This document shows positions 17,668-24,732 of a DNA stretch of 64,000 bases, one piece after another. Numbering within the stretch: the stretch's first letter is position 1; every line of letters starts with the position of its first letter. Source of the stretch: Paratractidigestivibacter sp. (lineage in GTDB: Bacteria; Bacillota_I; Bacilli_A; Erysipelotrichales; Erysipelotrichaceae); assembly GCA_963607765.1 (NCBI GenBank), contig CAVDDT010000034.1, positions 440-64,439 on the forward strand. The letters run 5' to 3'. The translations under genes were made by a program, and so were the position numbers. The notes under the pieces were generated by a model. It had not been told where the DNA came from. It did no database searches and was given only the letters and a program-made list of their open reading frames with translations.

Positions 17668-18242
17668 TGGCTGATCAAGATATTTATAAATTAGTTGAAC
17701 AATTAAATAAGAATAAAATTTCGGATAACACAAAGATTGATGAAATCTATAATTTGCTTGATTCTTTAAAAGATGATGAGGGCAATAAAAGCGAGATTAA
17801 ATTAACAACTGGTGAAGATAAGGCAGAATCTAGTGAGGATAAAAAGAGAACTACTACTTTAAGAGATTTAAAGGGTTCGGTTTTGCCTATTAAAAAACCT
17901 TCTTTTCCAAGTGAAATAAGAGCTTTTGAAAATAGGAGTGATTGTTTCTTTAATATTCTTAGTGAGGTCGATTATGGAAGCAAGAATAACGAGGATTATG
18001 TAAAGGGGCATAAGACTGCGCTTGAAAAATACTATACTGTTGTTAGAAATAATAATAAAGATTTATATGTTGTTGAAGGACAAGTTAATGATGAACTTGC
18101 TTCTTTTGTGACTAACAAGCTTAGCAATAACTACAACAAGGGCTACTATGATGGACTTGAGTTTGTGTTAAACGCTTTATATAAGTCTAAGGATTTGATT
18201 AGCAAGAAGATATATCAGGAATTATTGAAAGAGTTGGGATAA
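17667..18242 (+). CDS. Hypothetical protein (191 aa)
   Basis: The start overlaps the upstream stop (taATG) and the stop overlaps the downstream start in the same way. No motif recognised. Confidence 0.5.
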   Translation: MADQDIYKLVEQLNKNKISDNTKIDEIYNLLDSLKDDEGNKSEIKLTTGEDKAESSEDKKRTTTLRDLKGSVLPIKKPSFPSEIRAFENRSDCFFNILSEVDYGSKNNEDYVKGHKTALEKYYTVVRNNNKDLYVVEGQVNDELASFVTNKLSNNYNKGYYDGLEFVLNALYKSKDLISKKIYQELLKELG

Positions 18243-20215
18243 TGGATAAGAGTGAAAGAGAAAAGCTTATTGATGAGGTTTTAAATAAGAGAAGAACTTA
18301 TTCTATGGATGAGTCCTTGAAGATTATTAATGATACCGAGAAGGAACTTAATCGTTTGCTTAGTGATAATAAGAAGGGCATTGATGATTTGGTTAAGGAA
18401 AACAATGATTCTAATTATTTGAGTAATTTAAAGAGCCAAATGGAAAAAGACTTTGATACTAAGATTGAGACTCCTGAAACAGTAGTAGTTGGAAAAGGTT
18501 CGAAAGAGATTTTTGATAAGATTAACGAAGAATTAAAGAAGACTATTATTGGACAAGATGATGCTTGCGATAAGATTACTATGGCTTTTAGAAGGCCTTA
18601 TGTTGTTGGTTCTAATCCTTCTTTAATTAGAAATTCTATTATCGTATATGGTAATAATGGAACTGGCAGACATTTGCTTGTTAATACGATGGGCAAGCTT
18701 CTTTATGAAAATGGTTTAACTATTTCCAGTGAAGTAGCTATTCTTGATATGAAGAGATATCAATCGAGCAGTCAGGAAATTCTTTTCTTACAAGATTTAT
18801 ATGTAGCTTTAAGTGGTAGAAATCCAATTATTTTAATTGAGAACTTTAAAGAAAGTTCTTCTATTTATACAAGAATGCTTAATGAATTAGTTCTTGAGGG
18901 AAGATGTTTACTAAACCAAAGATATACTTTCGTGAATAATCAGCTTCAAGAGGCTACTAGTAAATTAAGTAAGGATGTGATTGATCATCTTGATGGCAAT
19001 AATAAAACTTTAGTGTTTGTTTCTGAAGATAGTCCAAGCAAGATAATGGATATTTTTGGCAAGGCTTTTATCGAAAAGATTGAGGATAAGGTTGAGACGG
19101 TTAAATTATCTGATGATGCACTTGATAGAATTATTGATAATCTATTAAAGGATTTAGAAACTAAAAGCGAGACTCAATTTGAGATGGATGTAGTGATTGA
19201 TGATAGCTTGAAAACTTATTTGAAAGAGAATTATGAGCCTAATGATGGAATTGATTCACTTACGCCAATTATTGATAAGATATATAACAGCTTAGTTAAT
19301 ATCGCTTTAAAGAATGATAATGTTGATACTTTAAAGCTTATGTATAAGGATTCTATTAAAGCTGTTTTCAATGAAAACGAAGTAGAGCTTGATATCGATG
19401 ATGATAGTTCTAAGGAAAGAGAAGAGATTCAAAAAGAATTAGATGAGATAGTTGGTCTTAAAAATGTTAAGGATTATCTTTTGTCTTTAGAGAATCATAT
19501 TAAGATTACTCAAATTAGAAAACAAAAGGGTTTAAAGACTTCTGAAGTTAGTAAACATATGATTTTTACTGGCAATCCTGGTACTGGTAAGACAACCATT
19601 GCCCGTATTGTTTCACGTATGATGAAGGCTTGTGGCATCCTTAAACAAGGACAGCTTGTTGAGGTTACTCGTGCTGACTTAGTTGGCAAATATGTTGGAC
19701 ACACTGCTCCTTTGACAATGGATATTATAAATAGTGCACTAGGCGGTGTGTTGTTTATTGATGAAGCATATTCATTATATAGAGGAAAAGATGATTCATT
19801 TGGTCTTGAGGCTATCGATACTTTAGTAAAGGGCATGGAAGATCATCGTGATGATTTAATTGTTATTTTGGCTGGTTATTCTAAGGAAATGGAAGAGTTT
19901 TTAACGGCTAATAGTGGGTTGAAGTCTAGATTTGCGAATATTATTCATTTCGATGATTATACTGGCGAGGAGATGATGCTTATTTCAAAGAGCATTGCTA
20001 AGGGCAAGGGCTATGCTATTGCGGATGAGGCAATTAAGCCTTTAACTGATTACTATACAATTATTCAGGGCAAAGATGATCCAAATAGTGGTAATGGTAG
20101 ACTTGCTAGAAATAAGGTTGAAGAGGCTATTTTAAAACAATCAAAGCGTTTGCTTGATAATCCTAATGATGATATTAGTGAATTAAAACTAGAGGATTTT
20201 GATTTAGGAGAATAA
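18242..20215 (+). CDS. Tandem AAA+ ATPase: degenerate Clp-D2-like module plus SpoVK/CbbX-like active module
   Basis: Module 1 has IIGQDDACDKITMAFRRP, Walker-A-like GNNGTGRH (18650-18673) and Walker-B position ILIEN. Module 2 has VGLKNVKDYL, Walker A GNPGTGKTT (19571-), Walker B VLFIDEAY and ..ILAGY...SRF. Confidence 0.8.
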   Translation: MDKSEREKLIDEVLNKRRTYSMDESLKIINDTEKELNRLLSDNKKGIDDLVKENNDSNYLSNLKSQMEKDFDTKIETPETVVVGKGSKEIFDKINEELKKTIIGQDDACDKITMAFRRPYVVGSNPSLIRNSIIVYGNNGTGRHLLVNTMGKLLYENGLTISSEVAILDMKRYQSSSQEILFLQDLYVALSGRNPIILIENFKESSSIYTRMLNELVLEGRCLLNQRYTFVNNQLQEATSKLSKDVIDHLDGNNKTLVFVSEDSPSKIMDIFGKAFIEKIEDKVETVKLSDDALDRIIDNLLKDLETKSETQFEMDVVIDDSLKTYLKENYEPNDGIDSLTPIIDKIYNSLVNIALKNDNVDTLKLMYKDSIKAVFNENEVELDIDDDSSKEREEIQKELDEIVGLKNVKDYLLSLENHIKITQIRKQKGLKTSEVSKHMIFTGNPGTGKTTIARIVSRMMKACGILKQGQLVEVTRADLVGKYVGHTAPLTMDIINSALGGVLFIDEAYSLYRGKDDSFGLEAIDTLVKGMEDHRDDLIVILAGYSKEMEEFLTANSGLKSRFANIIHFDDYTGEEMMLISKSIAKGKGYAIADEAIKPLTDYYTIIQGKDDPNSGNGRLARNKVEEAILKQSKRLLDNPNDDISELKLEDFDLGE

Positions 20216-20713
20216 ATGCGTTTAATTAAGCTTTGGGATAGTGATTTAAATAAGGCGTATCAGTTGCATCAAGAGATTGGCTTAGATGAAAATGGGTTTT
20301 CAAATAGCGCCAATGGAATTGATTTAAAAGCATTTAGGGAATATGTCTATGATAAAAAGTATAGAGAAACAGGTGAGAGACTGCCTAATGGTTTTGTGCC
20401 TGATACAACATATGTTTTAGAGAATGATGATGGGGAATATGTTGGTGTTTTTAATTTACGTCATTATTTAAATAAGTTTTTAGAAAATGGTCCTGGGCAT
20501 ATTGGTTATGCGATTTCAAATAAGTATAGAAAAATGGGCTATGGCACCAAGGGCTTAGCTCTTACTTTAATTGAGGCTAAAAAATTAGGCATTGATGTGG
20601 CTTATATGAGCTGTTACAAAGATAATATTGGCAGTTTAAAGGTTCAACTTAATAATGGTGCTTATATTGATAGAGAAGATGATTTTTCTTATTATACTAA
20701 GGTTAAGCTATAA
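20216..20713 (+). CDS. GNAT-family N-acetyltransferase
   Basis: 165 aa, with the acetyl-CoA-binding segment ..GHIGYAISNKYRKMGYGTKGL.. Confidence 0.75.
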   Translation: MRLIKLWDSDLNKAYQLHQEIGLDENGFSNSANGIDLKAFREYVYDKKYRETGERLPNGFVPDTTYVLENDDGEYVGVFNLRHYLNKFLENGPGHIGYAISNKYRKMGYGTKGLALTLIEAKKLGIDVAYMSCYKDNIGSLKVQLNNGAYIDREDDFSYYTKVKL

Positions 20714-20731
20714 TACTAAAGGGAGTTGTTG

Positions 20732-22615
20732 ATGGGGATTAAGGATACTGGCAAATCTATTTTAAAGTTGTTTGATAAAGAAGATGAAGTTTTTGCGGAA
20801 AATGAAACACAGGCTAATAAGCTTGTTGCTTCCTCAATGCTCCTTTTGTGCATCATTTTAATTGTATGCATAATTCTTAATAATTTAGGCATTTTTCAAA
20901 ACGATATAGATTCTTATAATACTGTTATTTCTCATAGTATTATTGAGCTTTTTATTCCGTTTATATTATGTTGTTTCTTTAAAGGACAAAAGAAATGGTT
21001 GAAGTATTTCCTATTGCTTGAGATGACGGTTGTTTTCGCAAGAATTGATTGTTCACTTGGTTATAATGTTACTTTGATAATGGCTATTCCGGTTGTTCTT
21101 TCATGTAGATATTTTTCAAGTAAGTTCACAATAGTTATTGCGGTAGTTACTGCTTTATTGTTTGGACTATCTAGTTTTGCGAATGCATACTGGGACATGG
21201 GTGTCTTTGATTTAAATTTTTATAGCTTACCTGCTGGCACAGTTTTAGATAGCAGCGTTAGTGTTATTGAGGCAATTAAAAAGATAGGCATTGATGTTCC
21301 TACTAGGGTCTATCAAATGATGGTTTTAAACTATGGGTCTAAATTGTTTGTTTTCTTTATCATTACTGTAATTTGTGTGAGAATTGCTCAAACTGGCCAT
21401 GACATGGTTTTAAAACAAAGATATGTCACTAAAAAATCAATGCGTATTGAATCTGAGCTTAATTTAGCTACTAATATTCAAGCTCACATGCTTCCTAATA
21501 TTTTTCCTGCTTTTCCAGACGACAATGAATTCGACTTATATGCAAGCATGAAACCTGCTAAGGAAGTCGGCGGCGATTTCTATGATTTTGATAAACTTGA
21601 TGATACTCATTTAGCCTTAGTTATTGCGGACGTTTCGGGAAAAGGTATTCCAGCAGCGTTGTTTATGGTTATTGCCAAGACAATAATTAAAAACGAATTG
21701 CACATGGGCTATTCGCTTGAACAAGTTCTTTCTAAGGTTAATCATATGCTTTGTGAAGGCAATACCGATGGCATGTTTGTTACTGCTTGGGTTGGTGTTT
21801 TTGATGTTGAAACGGGTATTTTAGAATATGTTAGTGCTGGACATAATCCTCCATGTGTTCTCCAAGATGGGAATTATCATTTATTAAAGAGCAAGCCTGG
21901 ATTTGTTTTGGCGGGCTTAGATGGCGTTATGTATCATAGGCAATCAATCACATTAAGCCCAGGTGATAAAATATTCTTGTATACTGATGGTGTTACTGAG
22001 GCTATTGATAAAGATGAAAACATGTATGGTGATCAGCGCTTGCTTGAATATATGAATGCCCACAAGGACTATGGTCCTAAAGAAATGATTAATGGTGTTA
22101 AAGGTGATTTAAGCAATTTTGCGCTTGGTACCGAGCAGTTTGATGATGTTACGATGTTGATGATGGAATATAAAAAGAAAAAGGAAGTGGTTCATATGAA
22201 AGAGAAAGAGTTTAATCTTCCAGAGAATACGGTTGATGATGTTTTGAAATATATTGAGACAGAATTAAACGCTGTTAATTGTCCGATTAAGGCTCTTCAA
22301 CAAATTCTTATTTGCACAGAAGAAATTTTTGTGAATATTGCTAGTTATGCTTATGCAAATAAAAATGGTAAGGTTTTATTGGCTACTTCTATTGATGAAA
22401 ATAAGGCAGTTATTCAATTTAAAGATTCCGGTGTTCCATTTAATCCTCTCGAGATGAAGGATCCTGATGTTACTTTATCCGCTAAGGAAAGAGATGTTGG
22501 CGGTCTTGGAATTTATATAGTTAAGAAGGTAATGGATGAGGTTAATTATACTTATCAAAATGGATGTAACATTCTAACTATTGGGAAGGAATATAAAGAT
22601 GGATGTGTTAGATAA
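20732..22615 (+). CDS. Polytopic membrane PP2C (SpoIIE/RsbU-type) phosphatase fused to an RsbW/SpoIIAB-type HATPase kinase domain
   Basis: The TM region spans about the first 225 aa. PP2C motifs are GGDFYDF, VIADVSGKGIPAA, TDGVTEA and FDDVTMLMM (about 21443-22174). The HATPase has N-box EEIFVNIASYA, DSGVPFNP and GGLGIYIVKK (about 22208-22615). ATG at 20732 follows SD aaagggag; the ORF track starts at TTG 20726. Confidence 0.85.
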   Translation: MGIKDTGKSILKLFDKEDEVFAENETQANKLVASSMLLLCIILIVCIILNNLGIFQNDIDSYNTVISHSIIELFIPFILCCFFKGQKKWLKYFLLLEMTVVFARIDCSLGYNVTLIMAIPVVLSCRYFSSKFTIVIAVVTALLFGLSSFANAYWDMGVFDLNFYSLPAGTVLDSSVSVIEAIKKIGIDVPTRVYQMMVLNYGSKLFVFFIITVICVRIAQTGHDMVLKQRYVTKKSMRIESELNLATNIQAHMLPNIFPAFPDDNEFDLYASMKPAKEVGGDFYDFDKLDDTHLALVIADVSGKGIPAALFMVIAKTIIKNELHMGYSLEQVLSKVNHMLCEGNTDGMFVTAWVGVFDVETGILEYVSAGHNPPCVLQDGNYHLLKSKPGFVLAGLDGVMYHRQSITLSPGDKIFLYTDGVTEAIDKDENMYGDQRLLEYMNAHKDYGPKEMINGVKGDLSNFALGTEQFDDVTMLMMEYKKKKEVVHMKEKEFNLPENTVDDVLKYIETELNAVNCPIKALQQILICTEEIFVNIASYAYANKNGKVLLATSIDENKAVIQFKDSGVPFNPLEMKDPDVTLSAKERDVGGLGIYIVKKVMDEVNYTYQNGCNILTIGKEYKDGCVR

Positions 22616-23174
22616 GGCTATTGAGTTTGCCACAAAAGCTCACTCTGGCCAAGTTCGTAAGCTTGCCAATACACCATATATCTTGCATCCAATGGAGGTT
22701 GCTGCTATCATTTCTACTCTTACGAGTGATAAGGAAACAATGGCTGCTGGTCTTCTACATGATACGGTTGAGGATTGTAATATTGATCCATTAACTATTT
22801 ATAAGGAATTTGGCAAAAGAGTATATGGCCTAGTATTAAGTGAGACTGAAGATAAGCTAAGTGATAGGCCTGCTAGTGAGACTTGGATGGAGCGCAAGGA
22901 AGAATCTCTTTTGATGCTTGAAAATACTAAGGATGAACATGTACGTATCTTGTGGCTTTCAGATAAGTTATCTAACATGCGTTCATTCTATCGTGAGTAT
23001 CTTAAACATGGTGATGACATTTGGAATAGTCTTAATCAAAAAGATCCTTCTAAACAAGAATGGTATTATCGCTCAATCGCGAAAAGTTTAGTTAGTTTAA
23101 AAGATAGTGCAGCATATATAGAGTATGTTGAACTTGTTGATAAAGTATTTGGAAAGGAAAACAAACATGGATAG
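22599..23174 (+). CDS. HD-domain protein of the RelA/SpoT hydrolase-only type ((p)ppGpp-hydrolase-like)
   Basis: ..AIEFATKAHSGQVRK...PYILHPMEVA...AAGLLHDTVEDC.. ATG at 22599 follows ggaagga. It overlaps the upstream gene by 17 nt. Confidence 0.8.
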   Translation: MDVLDKAIEFATKAHSGQVRKLANTPYILHPMEVAAIISTLTSDKETMAAGLLHDTVEDCNIDPLTIYKEFGKRVYGLVLSETEDKLSDRPASETWMERKEESLLMLENTKDEHVRILWLSDKLSNMRSFYREYLKHGDDIWNSLNQKDPSKQEWYYRSIAKSLVSLKDSAAYIEYVELVDKVFGKENKHG

Positions 23175-24333
23175 TGTTAATGAGAATGGCGTACTTACTG
23201 TTTATTTAGAGGGACGTATCACGGCTGATAATTCTGCTGATGTTGGAAAAGAGATTGAGGAAATTCTTGAAAAAGAGCCTCACAATGAGCTTGTTTTCAA
23301 TTGTGGCAAGCTAGAATATATTGCTAGTGCCGGACTTCGTGTAGTTCTTCGTACCAAGAAAAAAGAACCAGCTTTAAAGATGGTTGATGTTAAAAGTGAA
23401 GTATATGACATCTTTGAAATGACTGGTTTTACAGAAATGATGGATATTGAAAAGGCATATCGCGAAATTTCTGTCGATGGTTGCGAAGTAATTGGACAGG
23501 GTTCAAATGGCAAGGTATATCGAATTGATCCAGATACTATTGTCAAAGTGTTTTTTAATTCAGATGCCTTAGCTGATATTCATAGAGAAAGAGAGTTAGC
23601 TAGAACAGCGTTTGTATTGGGTATTCCCACTGCTATTTCATATGATGTAGTTAAGGTTGGCGACACTTATGGTTCAGTATTTGAACTTCTTAATGCGAAT
23701 AGTTATATCAAAGAGATTATTAAAGATCCTAGTAGTATTGATAAATATATAAAGCTTTCAGTGGATTTGTTGAAGAAGATTCATGCGACTAAGGTAAAGC
23801 CTGGCGAATTGCCTGATATTAAGCTAACTGTCTTGGGATGGGTTGATTATTTAAAGGATTATCTTCCAGAGGATAAATACAACAAGCTTAAGAAGATGGT
23901 TGAGGATGTTCCTGATACAAATACAATGATTCATGGTGATTATCATATGAAGAATTTGATGATTCAAGATGGTGAAACACTTCTAATTGATATGGATACA
24001 CTTGCACAAGGCCATCCAATATTTGAACTTGGCAGTGTATTTAATGCTTATGTTGGATTCTCAGAACTTGATCATAATAACTGCTTGGGTTTCTTGGGTA
24101 TCCCATATGAACAATGTGAATATATTTGGAATAAAACACTTCCTTTATATCTTGATACTACTGATGATAAGAGAATTAAGGAAGTTGAGAATAAGGCTAG
24201 AATAGTAGGCTATACTCGTTTAATGAGACGTACTATTAAACGATTGGGTTTTGAAAAAGCTGGCGATAGTATAGAGTTTTATAAAGAAAACTTAATGAAA
24301 TTAATTGATGAAGTTGACACACTTGTGTTCTAG
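23167..24333 (+). CDS. STAS (anti-sigma-antagonist-like) domain fused to an APH/choline-kinase-fold kinase domain
   Basis: The STAS part is ..LEYIASAGLRVVL.. (Ser codon at 23326-23328). The kinase part has IGQGSNGKVYR, VKVF, HGDYHMKNLM and LIDMD. ATG at 23167 follows aaaggaaa and overlaps the HD gene by 8 nt. Confidence 0.8.
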   Translation: MDSVNENGVLTVYLEGRITADNSADVGKEIEEILEKEPHNELVFNCGKLEYIASAGLRVVLRTKKKEPALKMVDVKSEVYDIFEMTGFTEMMDIEKAYREISVDGCEVIGQGSNGKVYRIDPDTIVKVFFNSDALADIHRERELARTAFVLGIPTAISYDVVKVGDTYGSVFELLNANSYIKEIIKDPSSIDKYIKLSVDLLKKIHATKVKPGELPDIKLTVLGWVDYLKDYLPEDKYNKLKKMVEDVPDTNTMIHGDYHMKNLMIQDGETLLIDMDTLAQGHPIFELGSVFNAYVGFSELDHNNCLGFLGIPYEQCEYIWNKTLPLYLDTTDDKRIKEVENKARIVGYTRLMRRTIKRLGFEKAGDSIEFYKENLMKLIDEVDTLVF

Positions 24334-24345
24334 AAAGAGGATAAT

Positions 24346-24642
24346 ATGACAATTGATAATGTTAAAGATGGAGAAACACTTACTTTAAAACTTACTGGTA
24401 GACTTGATACCACTACTGCTCCTGAGCTTGAGGCTGCAGTAAATAGAGAGGTTGATGGAATCAAGAATGTAGTGCTAGATATGGAAAAACTTGAATATGT
24501 TTCTAGTGCTGGTTTGCGTGTATTGCTTTCTATTCAAAAGAAGATGGCTGACAATGGAACATTTGTCTTAAAGAATGTTTGTGATGAAATCAAAGAGGTA
24601 CTAGATATCACTGGTTTCTCTTCATTCCTTACTATTGAGTAA
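24346..24642 (+). CDS. Single-domain STAS protein (anti-sigma factor antagonist family)
   Basis: 98 aa, with ..LEYVSSAGLRVLL.. carrying the conserved phosphorylatable Ser (24505-24507). SD agagga. Confidence 0.85.
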   Translation: MTIDNVKDGETLTLKLTGRLDTTTAPELEAAVNREVDGIKNVVLDMEKLEYVSSAGLRVLLSIQKKMADNGTFVLKNVCDEIKEVLDITGFSSFLTIE

Positions 24643-24686
24643 AGTTTATTAGAGGACTGGTCGAAAGACCATGGTCTACACTATTG

Positions 24687-24712
24687 GCGGGTAAGACACC
24701 CGCTTTTCTTTT
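24687..24712 (+). terminator. Rho-independent terminator closing the 16699-24642 block
   Basis: GCGGGT (24687-24692) / ACCCGC (24698-24703), followed by ttttctttt. Confidence 0.8.
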
Positions 24713-24717
24713 ATCTT

Positions 24718-24726
24718 TGTTATAAT
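24718..24726 (+). promoter_or_regulatory. Extended -10 promoter element (TGtTATAAT) 6 nt upstream of the mnmE ATG
   Basis: tgt at 24718-24720, tataat at 24721-24726, ATG at 24733. There is no SD in between. Confidence 0.45.
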
Positions 24727-24732
24727 AGTTTT

